From the IMG/VR virus record IMGVR_UViG_3300046454_000714, positions 23,528 to 87,527 of that record: DNA of 64,000 bases, one strand, 5' to 3'. The position numbers and the translations under genes are program-made. The notes under the pieces are model-generated. The model did not search any database, was not told where the DNA came from, and was given only the letters and a program-made list of their open reading frames with translations. Source of the DNA: a virus. This document shows positions 1 to 8,414 of this stretch, one piece after another. Each line of letters begins with the position of its first letter. Position 1 is the stretch's first letter.

Positions 1-311
1 ACGGTAACGGCCGCGACGCGCAGACGCGGATCGTCGGCCGTCGGGTCCGAGTAGAGCTGCGCATACACCTCGAACGCCGAGTACAAGTCGTCGGTCATCG
101 TCGGCACCTGCACGCAGTCCGGGGTGCCGCGGTGACTGATGTCCTCGACCGCGGCGACACGCTCAGCGACGTGATCAAGGACGCAGAAGTTCGGGTCCGA
201 GATCTGGACCGTCTGGACGCGGCCCGGCCGGCCGATCGACGCCGGGACGAAACGCGGCGGGGGAGTGGCGGACGTCGCGGGGGCAGGGATGGCGCAGCTT
301 GCTACAGTCAT
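1..311 (-). CDS. Hypothetical phage protein, partial (DUF6907-like), runs off the left edge
   Basis: My translation: MTVASCAIPAP...NFCVLDHVAERVAAVEDISH...; GAGAGG RBS upstream; not in the ORF track because it is truncated. Confidence 0.65.
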   Translation of the reverse strand, partial: MTVASCAIPAPATSATPPPRFVPASIGRPGRVQTVQISDPNFCVLDHVAERVAAVEDISHRGTPDCVQVPTMTDDLYSAFEVYAQLYSDPTADDPRLRVAAVT

Positions 312-405
312 GTCAGACCTCTCAGGCGTGAGTGGGTTGCTGATCAGCGGCTGGTACCGCTGGTTGAACTGGCCGGGCGTTGGTAGCGCCCGGCCGTTCG
401 CGTTC

Positions 406-984
406 CTACTGCGGAAGCGATCGGGGCTTCGGTGTCTCGACCGCCTTGTTCGCGGCCCGGACGAGGGCGCCGAAGGCCTGATGGCTCATCTCCTCTCGAA
501 GGATCTGCACGATCACAGAGGGCTGGTCCAGCGGCACGAGGGCGGCCCTGGGGTCGGGGCTGAACAGCGCCTTGTTGTACTTCCGCCACCGACGTAGCTC
601 CTCGTGGAGCTGCTCGCGGTCGACGAGGATGTCGACCAGAGGATCCCGCTGATTTCGCATGAACCATGCACGGTGGAAGTAGCCCCTGAACCAGCCGCCA
701 GGACCGCTACCAAACGGCGGGTGGATGTCAGGGTTTTCCAGCTGCCCAAGAGCGGTGTTGCACCAGCGGCAGATCAGACCGCGCACGGCAGCATTGCCGT
801 AGTGGTGGTCATGGTCGATGACGAGTCCCCGACGTGCGCCCTCTTGCGGCGGTTGGCCGCACGCTTCGCAGTTCCCACCGCTCCGCTCCCAGAGGGCCTC
901 GAAGTCCTCGCACGTGAGCGCGTAAGTCTTGTGCGTATGGCAGTCGATGCCACTCTCGTGCTTCGACTTCCGTCGCAAATGCAT
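406..984 (-). CDS. Endonuclease VII-domain (His-Me finger) protein
   Basis: CEACG...LVIDHDH...VRGLICRWCNTALG; start placed at the ATG at 984 after GGAGG. Confidence 0.85.
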   Translation of the reverse strand: MHLRRKSKHESGIDCHTHKTYALTCEDFEALWERSGGNCEACGQPPQEGARRGLVIDHDHHYGNAAVRGLICRWCNTALGQLENPDIHPPFGSGPGGWFRGYFHRAWFMRNQRDPLVDILVDREQLHEELRRWRKYNKALFSPDPRAALVPLDQPSVIVQILREEMSHQAFGALVRAANKAVETPKPRSLPQ

Positions 985-1005
985 GCATCCTCCATGATCA
1001 CCCTC

Positions 1006-1021
1006 ACTTGGATATCCAAGT
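1006..1021. promoter_or_regulatory. Palindromic operator ACTTGGATATCCAAGT (left)
   Basis: Perfect 16-bp palindrome between divergent genes; identical copy at 2472-2487. Confidence 0.8.
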
Positions 1022-1098
1022 TGGCGCTCCGAAAGTAGCGCGGCTGTCGCGGAGCGTGCAAGTAGTGCGACGAACTGGATGGTGGGTACCGTCACGGC

Positions 1099-1518
1099 AT
1101 GGGGTTGACGGATCAGGAGTTGCGCTCACGGTTCGCGCAGGCCAAGGTGCTTCGCCTCGGGACCGTCGACGCGGCCGGCAAGCCACACCTTGTGCCCGCC
1201 ACCTTCGCCCTCGTCGGCGACGTCGTGGCCATTGCGGTCGACCACAAGCCGAAGCGGCACACCAACCTGAAGCGTCTTCGTAACGTCGAGGAGAACCCCG
1301 CCGTGACGCTCCTCGTTGACCACTTCGAAGAGGACTGGGACCGGCTCTGGTGGGTGCGCGCGGATGGCGATGCTCGTGTGATCCAAAATGAACTTGCATA
1401 CGAACTTGTAGATGCATTGGTAGACAAGTACGAGCAGTATCGCGAGCGTCGCCCCTCCGGACCGGTGATTGAAATTCACGTAAACCGCTGGTCAGGGTGG
1501 GTGGCCAAGCAGGAGTAG
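1099..1518 (+). CDS. PPOX-class, probably F420-dependent oxidoreductase (Rv0121/TIGR03668-like)
   Basis: RLGTVDAAGKPHLVP...AVDHKPK...LKRLRNVEENPAVTLLVDHFEEDWDRLWWVRADG. Confidence 0.88.
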   Translation: MGLTDQELRSRFAQAKVLRLGTVDAAGKPHLVPATFALVGDVVAIAVDHKPKRHTNLKRLRNVEENPAVTLLVDHFEEDWDRLWWVRADGDARVIQNELAYELVDALVDKYEQYRERRPSGPVIEIHVNRWSGWVAKQE

Positions 1519-1572
1519 ACGCATCGCGGTGACATCCGGTTACGCTCACTTGCGTAACCATCCGACAGGAGA

Positions 1573-2352
1573 GTGATGACACCGAACCCGGCACGAGAGC
1601 ACCCCTACGAGAGGGTCGCCAACGAATTGCGCGCGGAGATCCTCAGGGGAGACCTCGCGCCCGGCGCGAAGCTGCCGTCCGAAAATGACCTCAAGGACCG
1701 CTTCGGCGTCACGCGGGCCACGGCGCGGAAGGGCATCGCCCTTCTCCGCATGGAAGGCCTCGTCACCTCGTTCCAGGGGAAAGGCGCGTTCGTCCGCGAG
1801 CGCCCGCACGTGAGCATGCGTCAGACCGGCAGCATCTACCGTGCGCGCCGATCGACTGGCGAGGCGAACTACAACGCCGAGGCGAAGGCGCAGGGGCAGA
1901 GGCCCAAGCAGGTGATTCGCGAGGTCGTCGAGACGGACGCGCCGGAGAAGGTCGCGGACCGTTTCGGCGTCGAGCCCGGCGCTCCGGTGGTAGTCCGCCG
2001 CCTGCTGTTTACGGTCGACGACCAGCCCATGCAGCTCTGCGATAGCTACTACGAGCGCTCCCTTGCGGCTGGCACGCCGCTTGCCGAGGCCAGGCTCATC
2101 AAGGGTGGCGCCAACTCGTTCATCGAAAACCCGGACGGGCCGATCGGTCGACGCATCGTCCAGTTCATCGAAGACCTCGACATCCGGATGCCGTACCCGC
2201 ACGAGATCGAGCTACTCGACATCCCGGCTGGCGTGCCCGTGGCGAAGGTGATGCGCACCGCTTACGACTCGGCGGGCGACGTCCTGGAAGTGCTCGACTC
2301 GATTGTTCCGTGCGATCGGCACACCTTCCGATACGTGATCGATGTGCCGTAG
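1573..2352 (+). CDS. GntR (HutC/UTRA) transcriptional repressor, Kor-like
   Basis: N-terminal wHTH (PYERVANELR...LPSENDL...FGVTRATARK...GKGAFV) plus UTRA C-domain. Confidence 0.93.
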   Translation: MMTPNPAREHPYERVANELRAEILRGDLAPGAKLPSENDLKDRFGVTRATARKGIALLRMEGLVTSFQGKGAFVRERPHVSMRQTGSIYRARRSTGEANYNAEAKAQGQRPKQVIREVVETDAPEKVADRFGVEPGAPVVVRRLLFTVDDQPMQLCDSYYERSLAAGTPLAEARLIKGGANSFIENPDGPIGRRIVQFIEDLDIRMPYPHEIELLDIPAGVPVAKVMRTAYDSAGDVLEVLDSIVPCDRHTFRYVIDVP

Positions 2353-2372
2353 TTCCTGCTCACGCTGCTGAT

Positions 2373-2404
2373 GCCCTCAACCGCCTTGCGGTTGGGGGCT
2401 TTTT
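2373..2404 (+). terminator. Intrinsic terminator after gntR
   Basis: GCCCTCAACCGC-CTT-GCGGTTGGGGGC followed by TTTTT. Confidence 0.8.
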
Positions 2405-2428
2405 CGTTGCGCCCGGGCTTGTCGCAGC

Positions 2429-2500
2429 ACTTGCATACCCAAGCTGCACTGGCTACGGTTGCACCAGTCGAACTTGGATATCCAAGTTCGGAAACCAAGT
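2429..2500. promoter_or_regulatory. Operator cluster (right)
   Basis: ACTTGCATACCCAAGC at 2429, CGAACTTGGATATCCAAGTTCG at 2469-2490, AGTTCGGAAACCAAGT at 2485-2500. Confidence 0.8.
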
Positions 2501-2530
2501 CCTGACCTGCCCAAATGACCGGAGGCCTCT

Positions 2531-2788
2531 GTGCCCACGCCCAACGACGAACTCGCTGAAGAGCTCGCCCTGTTGCAGGGCGCGCTCAAGCCGGCAGAGG
2601 TCGCCAAGCTCCTGAAGGTCCACTCCGCGACCGTCTACCGCCTGATCGCCAGCGGTGAGTTGCCCTCCATCCGGATCGGCAGCGGCACCAAGCGCCGCAC
2701 CGGCCTGAAGGTCCCGCAGTCCGCCGTCATCAAGTACCTGCGCAGCTCCCGTACCGCCCCGGCCCTGCCCGCCACGGAGGTGGCCTGA
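2531..2788 (+). CDS. Excisionase-like HTH_17 DNA-binding protein
   Basis: LKPAEVAKLLKVHSATVYRLIASGELPSIRIG. Confidence 0.88.
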   Translation: MPTPNDELAEELALLQGALKPAEVAKLLKVHSATVYRLIASGELPSIRIGSGTKRRTGLKVPQSAVIKYLRSSRTAPALPATEVA

Positions 2789-2789
2789 C

Positions 2790-3107
2790 ATGCCGATCAC
2801 CACCGCAACCCCGCCCCGCACCCCGCAGTTCCACTACGCGTCGATGCGCAACGCCGAGCAGTCGGCCCGCAGCATCTCGACGCAGTTGTCGGTGCGCGGC
2901 TTCCTCACCGGTCTCGCCGATGAGACATCGGCCGCCGAGTTCGCCAAGCTGAAGGCGACCCGCACCAGCTACTACTTGCTCGCCCTGGCGCACCGGAACG
3001 CGGCCCGCCGCCTGGAGCGCGGCCAGCGCATCCGGTCCCGTGTCGAGCGGATCGTGCGGCCGGTTGTCCGTGGCGCGCTGCGAGTCGGCCGGGCGGTGAC
3101 GGCATGA
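2790..3107 (+). CDS. Hypothetical protein
   Basis: Coupled ORF with GGAGG RBS. Confidence 0.7.
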   Translation: MPITTATPPRTPQFHYASMRNAEQSARSISTQLSVRGFLTGLADETSAAEFAKLKATRTSYYLLALAHRNAARRLERGQRIRSRVERIVRPVVRGALRVGRAVTA

Positions 3108-3319
3108 GCACCGCAACCGCCGCCCCGGCCCTGACCCTCGCCGTGAACGTGTACCGGACTGCGTCGGCTCGTACCGCGGAACTGTCGGCGGTCACGGATT
3201 CCCGCGACCTGACGCCGGGCGAGTCCGACTACCTGGCCCACGCGCAGGACATGCTGGCCGCCGCCAAGGCGACCCTCGTCCGCGCCGGCCGCCTCGACCT
3301 CATCGGGGTGGTGGCATGA
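3104..3319 (+). CDS. Hypothetical protein
   Basis: ATGA overlap with the previous gene. Confidence 0.7.
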   Translation: MSTATAAPALTLAVNVYRTASARTAELSAVTDSRDLTPGESDYLAHAQDMLAAAKATLVRAGRLDLIGVVA

Positions 3320-3552
3320 GCCCCGCCGACGTTGCCGCGCACATCGCGGCCCAGGGCCCGGTTCGCACCCGCCCCGTCGCAACTCCGCAGCGCACGGTCC
3401 TGGAGCGTTTCCCGGCTGGCGCCCCGCGGGGCCAGTGGCCGGCGGAGTCCTTCGCCGCGGACCGTCGCCGCGAGGGTGTTCCGGCCCGCGTGGTCATGGA
3501 CCTCAACTCGGACGCGTTCCTCGTGATCGTCGAGGCCGGTGATCCCCGATGA
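3316..3552 (+). CDS. Hypothetical protein
   Basis: ATGA overlap; VLERFPAGAPRGQWPAE motif. Confidence 0.75.
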   Translation: MSPADVAAHIAAQGPVRTRPVATPQRTVLERFPAGAPRGQWPAESFAADRRREGVPARVVMDLNSDAFLVIVEAGDPR

Positions 3553-3725
3553 GCTTCCCGATCCCGGACCCGTCGCCGGAGGAGGAGTTGGCGGCCAGCG
3601 TGGACGACATCTTCCTCGGCTGGTGGCCCGACGACTTGATGGCCATCGTCCGCGCCCCGTACACGGGTGGCGCCCTCGCCGCCTATGCGCACATCGACGG
3701 CGGCAAGTACCTGCCGCCGGAGTAG
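3549..3725 (+). CDS. Hypothetical 58-aa protein
   Basis: My translation MSFPIPDPSPEEELAASVDDIFLGWW...; ATGA overlap. Confidence 0.6.
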   Translation: MSFPIPDPSPEEELAASVDDIFLGWWPDDLMAIVRAPYTGGALAAYAHIDGGKYLPPE

Positions 3726-3829
3726 CGCCCCCAAGACCGCCGCGGGTGGGTCGACAACCCCCCGTCCCCGCCCGCGGTGCCCAACCCCGCCCCACCCCAT
3801 CCGCTCCTGCTGACCAGAGAGGCTCCGTC

Positions 3830-4069
3830 ATGTCTTCCACCGCCCACCCCACCGCCCAGTCGGCCCCGGCGACGGCCACCGTCGAGCTCTTCTGGGTGAT
3901 GACCGTACAGACGGCCGACGGTCGCGTGAACACCCGGACCGCCGTGCTCACGGTCCCGGTCGGGTTCACCCGCGCCGAGGCGTTCGGGTACGTCTTCGCG
4001 CAGTTCAAGGAGGCCTACGGCAGCCCACTCACGGTCCTTTTCTTCGACCTCGCCGAGAACAAGATCTAG
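3830..4069 (+). CDS. Hypothetical protein
   Basis: AGAGAGG RBS; MSSTAHPT...FWVMTVQT. Confidence 0.7.
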   Translation: MSSTAHPTAQSAPATATVELFWVMTVQTADGRVNTRTAVLTVPVGFTRAEAFGYVFAQFKEAYGSPLTVLFFDLAENKI

Positions 4070-4114
4070 CTCCGCCCCACCCCCACTGCTCCTGCTGATC
4101 CGAAAGGGATCCCC

Positions 4115-4348
4115 ATGTCTCCGTTCGTCCTGTCCGACGCCGATCTGGCCGTCACGACCCAGCTGGCCGCGCGCCGTCGGGAGCGCACCACGGTCGCGGA
4201 TGCGTTCACCGAGTTGTTCGGCGACGACTTCACCCGCGCCCTGTACCGGGAGACCACGTATGCGGTGCCGGATTCGGAGCGGCAGACGTGCCCGGTGCAC
4301 CAGGACTGGCGGATGGACTGCCAGCACCTGCACCTGAAGGCCGCCTGA
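4115..4348 (+). CDS. Hypothetical protein with C-terminal CPVH...C..H motif
   Basis: GAAAGGGA RBS. Confidence 0.7.
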   Translation: MSPFVLSDADLAVTTQLAARRRERTTVADAFTELFGDDFTRALYRETTYAVPDSERQTCPVHQDWRMDCQHLHLKAA

Positions 4349-4500
4349 TGTCCGGCCGGAAGCGCGACGACGCGCCGCCGAAGCCCCCGCCGACGCCCGA
4401 CCCCGCCGCAGTCGCCCGCGCCAAGCGTGAAGCGGACGCCCTGCGCACGACAGCCCGGGAGCTGCCGGAGATCGACCCCGCCGACGCCAAGTACTGGTAG
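4348..4500 (+). CDS. Hypothetical 50-aa protein
   Basis: TGATG coupling. Confidence 0.55.
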   Translation: MSGRKRDDAPPKPPPTPDPAAVARAKREADALRTTARELPEIDPADAKYW

Positions 4501-4526
4501 CCAACCCCGCCCCGAGAGAGGACGCC

Positions 4527-4724
4527 ATGTCTCGCTTCACAGTCACCCGCCGCGGCGCATCCGGCCCCGGCGAGGGCGGCCAGTACACGTACAGCACCCG
4601 CGCCGACAGCCCCGCCGAGGCGGTCGCCAAGACCGCCGCCAAGGCGGAGCGGCTGCATCACCGCATCAACCGGGGCGGCACCGTCCTCGACCCGGAACCC
4701 ACCGACATCACCCGCATCGACTAG
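4527..4724 (+). CDS. Hypothetical protein
   Basis: GAGAGAGGA RBS. Confidence 0.65.
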   Translation: MSRFTVTRRGASGPGEGGQYTYSTRADSPAEAVAKTAAKAERLHHRINRGGTVLDPEPTDITRID

Positions 4725-4734
4725 GGAGCCCGCC

Positions 4735-5001
4735 ATGTCCAAGCCTTCCTGGCTACCGAGCCAGCTCGCCGACCGCGCCAGCGCCGCCGACGCCCTTGGT
4801 GCCGCAGCCGACCAGTCCAACCTGTGCCGCAGCATCGCCGACGGCCTGCACGCCCAAGGTCGCGACCACTACGGCGACCCGACCCACACGGCGGCCGTCG
4901 TCGAAAGCCACCGGCTCGGCGAGATCGCGGAGGCGCACGGCTTCAACGGCCAGGACGTCATGGACGAAGCCGCCCGGCGCCGCGGCCTGACCACCACCTA
5001 G
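4735..5001 (+). CDS. Hypothetical protein
   Basis: GGGAG RBS, GC3-rich codons. Confidence 0.65.
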   Translation: MSKPSWLPSQLADRASAADALGAAADQSNLCRSIADGLHAQGRDHYGDPTHTAAVVESHRLGEIAEAHGFNGQDVMDEAARRRGLTTT

Positions 5002-5116
5002 ACGCCGTGGTGCGGGTCACCATCCCCCGGCCCGCGCCACGGCCTGCACGCCCATCCACCCCACCCGCGGGTGGGGGCGCGCACCGCACCAACCCTTCAA
5101 TCCGAGGAGATACCGC

Positions 5117-5284
5117 ATGACAAGCACTGAGTGGGACGCGATGGAACTCGGCGGACAAAACCGGTCCGCGTCGGGCGTGACCGAAGGCCCCGACGGCGAC
5201 TTCACGGCCGTCGCCGACTCGGCCGAAGCCGAGCTGAGCGCCCAGTTCGGCGGGCGCTGGGCGGTGCTGGGCGACGAGCGCTGA
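5117..5284 (+). CDS. Hypothetical 55-aa protein
   Basis: GAGGAG RBS; MTSTEWDAMELGGQ... Confidence 0.55.
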   Translation: MTSTEWDAMELGGQNRSASGVTEGPDGDFTAVADSAEAELSAQFGGRWAVLGDER

Positions 5285-5468
5285 ACCCCTGATCGCCGGG
5301 CGCGGGTCTCCCCCGTCTCGTGTCCGGCTCGCCGCGCTGGCGGGCGTCAACGGCTCCCCGCCGTTCCGCCAGCGCGGCCCAAGCCCCGGCCTGGCCGAAC
5401 GCGGGCCACGCATCAACCGCAGACCGGGGCGCGCACCACCACCGACCGCCAAACCGAGAGGACCCCGC

Positions 5469-5621
5469 ATGACACGCAAGAACGAGGACGTCGACTTGAC
5501 CACCCCGGAGAACGTCGCCAAGGGCCAGAAAGTCTACGACCGCATCGTCGCAGGCGAAATCCCCGCCGGGAAGGTCGGCCCGACGCTCGACGCCACCTAC
5601 GGCCGCAAGCGCAAGGCCTGA
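5469..5621 (+). CDS. Hypothetical 50-aa protein
   Basis: GAGAGGA RBS; MTRKNEDVDLTTPENVAKG... Confidence 0.6.
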   Translation: MTRKNEDVDLTTPENVAKGQKVYDRIVAGEIPAGKVGPTLDATYGRKRKA

Positions 5622-5625
5622 GCCG

Positions 5626-5772
5626 ATGGCCCGCAAGGAGTGCGCGCAGTGCGTGGAGCACGCCCGCCTGCACTCCGGCAACTGGCTCGGCATCGGGCGT
5701 GACAACGATCCGTGCCCGCCCTGTGAAGACCACGCCCGCAATGGGTGCGGCCTGGACCGCAAGGAGAAGTAG
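5626..5772 (+). CDS. Small Cys/His protein (CxxCxxH...CxxCxxH), resembling Streptomyces plasmid small proteins
   Basis: MARKECAQCVEHARLH...PCPPCEDHARNG. Confidence 0.6.
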   Translation: MARKECAQCVEHARLHSGNWLGIGRDNDPCPPCEDHARNGCGLDRKEK

Positions 5773-6398
5773 TGCCAGGCAAGGCGAAGGACATTACAGG
5801 CGTGAAGTTCGGGCGCTTCCTGGTCGTCAAGCGAGACGGAAGCAACAGGGACGGTTCTGCGCGCTGGGAATGCGTCTGTGACTGCGGCACCCGCAAGACG
5901 GTCGGCGGCCGGGAGCTTTGGCGAGGAAGGACCATCTCTTGCGGATGCCTCAACGCGGAGATACTCGCCAACCGCGCCAGGACGCACGGAATGAGCGGCC
6001 ATCCGGCGTACCAGTCGTGGGTGGAGATGCGCACCCGGTGCCACAACTCCAGCAGAGACAGCTACCAGGACTACGGCGGTCGCGGCATTCGAGTCTGTGA
6101 CCGCTGGCGCGATTCGTTCGAGAGCTTCTGGGCCGACATGGGGTCCACCTATGAGCCCGGCCTGACGATCGACCGGATCGACGTGAACAAGGGCTACGAG
6201 CCCGGCAACTGTCAGTGGGCGACCCGTAAGCAGCAGAACCGAAACACCCGCCGCAACATGATGATCCAGTTTCGCGGTGAAACGCGCTGTCTTGGCGAGT
6301 GGTGCGAGCTGCTTGACCTTCCCTACCACTCGATCTACACGCGCCTCAGTCGCGGCTGGCCAGTCGAACGAGCCCTGACCGAACCGATCCACCGCTGA
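5772..6398 (+). CDS. Phage HNH-like homing endonuclease
   Basis: DITGVKFGRF...WECVCDCG...SCGC...YGGRGIRVCDRW...TIDRIDVNKGYEPGNCQWAT. Confidence 0.88.
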   Translation: MPGKAKDITGVKFGRFLVVKRDGSNRDGSARWECVCDCGTRKTVGGRELWRGRTISCGCLNAEILANRARTHGMSGHPAYQSWVEMRTRCHNSSRDSYQDYGGRGIRVCDRWRDSFESFWADMGSTYEPGLTIDRIDVNKGYEPGNCQWATRKQQNRNTRRNMMIQFRGETRCLGEWCELLDLPYHSIYTRLSRGWPVERALTEPIHR

Positions 6399-6480
6399 CC
6401 AGCTGCCCGATCCGCCCGTCTCGCACGGGCGGTGAGGGGAACCGCGCCAGCGCTTCCCACCCCAACCCGAGAGGAATCCC

Positions 6481-6651
6481 ATGGCATTCGGACGCAAGGC
6501 CGCCGAGAAGCTCGACTCCGCCGCCGCCGCACTCCACAAGGTCGGCGGGAAGGCCGGAGACGCCGTCGCCAACACCATCCTTGCCCCCGCCCGCTCCCGC
6601 ATCAACGAGTCCTGCACCAACTGCGACAAGGGCAAGTGCAAGACCCACTGA
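6481..6651 (+). CDS. Hypothetical 56-aa protein
   Basis: GAGAGGA RBS; C-terminal CxxCxxxxCxxH. Confidence 0.6.
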   Translation: MAFGRKAAEKLDSAAAALHKVGGKAGDAVANTILAPARSRINESCTNCDKGKCKTH

Positions 6652-6680
6652 CCGAACCAACCCCCGAGAGGAGCCCCCCC

Positions 6681-7193
6681 ATGCAGGTCAACACCTACGC
6701 CATCGGCCCGGCCCGACGCCCCGTCCTGGACCGGGTGTGCGCCATCGCCGACCAGGCCGCCGCGCTCGTCGAGAACGAGATGGGCGTGCGCCTGCACGGG
6801 GTGGAACTCCTCGTCACCGACACCTACTTCACCCGCCGCCTCGCCGGTGACGACGACGGCCTGTACGGCTGCACCTTGTACGGCCTCGACCGGGTCCTCG
6901 CCGTCGTCAACGCCCAAGCCCACCTCACCGATCCGGCCGAGGTCGACAAGACCGTCATTCACGAACTCGTGCACGCCGCGCAAATGCTGCGACCGGGCGT
7001 GCGGCGGGTCGAAAAGTTCCGCACCGACGAAGCCCTGTCCCGGCTCCCGGCCCCAGCCCTGGAGCAGTACGACGCGTGGTGGGACGACAGCGAAGCCCAG
7101 GCCTGCGAGCTGGAGCGCCTCGCCGCCCACCTCGACCCCACCGCTGGGCCCGTTCGTATGGCCCGGCGCACACCCATCCACACCATCGCCTGA
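6681..7193 (+). CDS. Putative zinc metallopeptidase-like protein (HExxH)
   Basis: TVIHELVHAAQ and a downstream EAQA. Confidence 0.7.
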   Translation: MQVNTYAIGPARRPVLDRVCAIADQAAALVENEMGVRLHGVELLVTDTYFTRRLAGDDDGLYGCTLYGLDRVLAVVNAQAHLTDPAEVDKTVIHELVHAAQMLRPGVRRVEKFRTDEALSRLPAPALEQYDAWWDDSEAQACELERLAAHLDPTAGPVRMARRTPIHTIA

Positions 7194-7210
7194 CCCGAGA
7201 GGAGCCCGTC

Positions 7211-7507
7211 ATGCACGCCTATCTGATCACCGCGAAGCCCGGCCGGCTGCACCTCGCTGCCCGGTTCGCGGGCCGGTGGGCGCTGCGGGCCCTCGCCCTG
7301 ACCGTCATGTGCGCGCTGGGGGCGGTCGTGTTCGCGGTCCGCTTCGCACGCCCGGTCATCAACTACGCGGCCACCCGCATGGCGTGGCTGGAGCTGTGGG
7401 CCGCCTCGGTGACCGGGATCGGGCCGCTCGGGGCCGCTTTCGGCGCTGGGTTCACCGACGAACTCATCAAGGAATTCCACCGCGCCCGCACCGGCGCGCC
7501 CGCCTGA
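7211..7507 (+). CDS. Hypothetical membrane protein
   Basis: GAGAGGAG RBS; hydrophobic segments. Confidence 0.65.
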   Translation: MHAYLITAKPGRLHLAARFAGRWALRALALTVMCALGAVVFAVRFARPVINYAATRMAWLELWAASVTGIGPLGAAFGAGFTDELIKEFHRARTGAPA

Positions 7508-7519
7508 GAGGAGCACCGC

Positions 7520-7975
7520 ATGAAGAAGTACAGCGTGACCTGGCCGGTACGCCCGTCCGGCACCTACAGCGTCTATGCCCACGCCATCGACCCTACCGAC
7601 GCGGTCCGTGCCGCCGCCGAACGGGACATGCCGACCGCGCCCGGCTACACCCTCGCCTTCGACTATGAGCCGGAGGTGTGGCGCCTCAAGTGGCCGTACC
7701 GGATGCGCTCGCAGCACGTTGCAGGCCCCGAGTTCCAGGACGAGGTGGACGGCGAGGTCGGCTTCACGCCGGAGCCGCTCGATCTGAACGCGATCGCCGC
7801 CGACGTCGTGTCCGTGATCCGCGTCTGCGACGCCCACGACCACTGCAAGGACGTGACCCGAACTGCAGTCGGCCAGATCGTCGGCAACCTGATCCCGGCC
7901 GAGGCTGAGCGAGTCCTGGCCATCGTCGCCGCCGAGACCAGCGAGATCAACGCGTACACGGGCGGGTGGGCCTGA
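7520..7975 (+). CDS. Hypothetical protein
   Basis: GAGAGGAG RBS. Confidence 0.7.
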   Translation: MKKYSVTWPVRPSGTYSVYAHAIDPTDAVRAAAERDMPTAPGYTLAFDYEPEVWRLKWPYRMRSQHVAGPEFQDEVDGEVGFTPEPLDLNAIAADVVSVIRVCDAHDHCKDVTRTAVGQIVGNLIPAEAERVLAIVAAETSEINAYTGGWA

Positions 7976-8181
7976 TGCCGATCACGTTCCGTAAGAGCTT
8001 CCGGATCCTGCCCGGCGTCCGCGTCAACGTCAGCCGGAACAGCCGGTCGATCACGTTCGGCGGCAAGAACACGCCGCACTACACGCGCAGCAGCACCGGC
8101 CGCCGCACCACGTCGTGGAACCTCCCCGGCGGATTCGGCTGGCGCAAGACCACGACCCGACGCAGCCGAGGAGGCCGCTGA
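7975..8181 (+). CDS. DUF4236-like protein
   Basis: MPITFRKSFRILPGVRVNVSRNSRSITFG. Confidence 0.8.
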   Translation: MPITFRKSFRILPGVRVNVSRNSRSITFGGKNTPHYTRSSTGRRTTSWNLPGGFGWRKTTTRRSRGGR

Positions 8182-8182
8182 C

Positions 8183-8392
8183 ATGCGTTTTCTCGCCGCC
8201 CTGAACGGCCGGTACACGCTCCGCCAGTCGGCTCTGATCCTGCTGCCGACCATCGCCATGCTGCTCGTCGCGCAGTCCATCGCGATGGCGGCCGGTGCCG
8301 GTCACTTGCCCGCAGAGGTGATCGCCCTGACTGCCACCTTCGGCACCTTCTTCGCGATGACGACCGTCATCAACCGCCGCACCCGCACCTGA
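8183..8392 (+). CDS. Small two-TM membrane protein
   Basis: Two hydrophobic helices; GAGGAGG RBS. Confidence 0.7.
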   Translation: MRFLAALNGRYTLRQSALILLPTIAMLLVAQSIAMAAGAGHLPAEVIALTATFGTFFAMTTVINRRTRT

Positions 8393-8414
8393 ACCGAGAG
8401 GACACCGAACCGTC

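Noticed and set aside
5202-7181. 659-aa minus-strand ORF
   Set aside because: Spans several plus-strand genes with good RBSs and has no domain signal.
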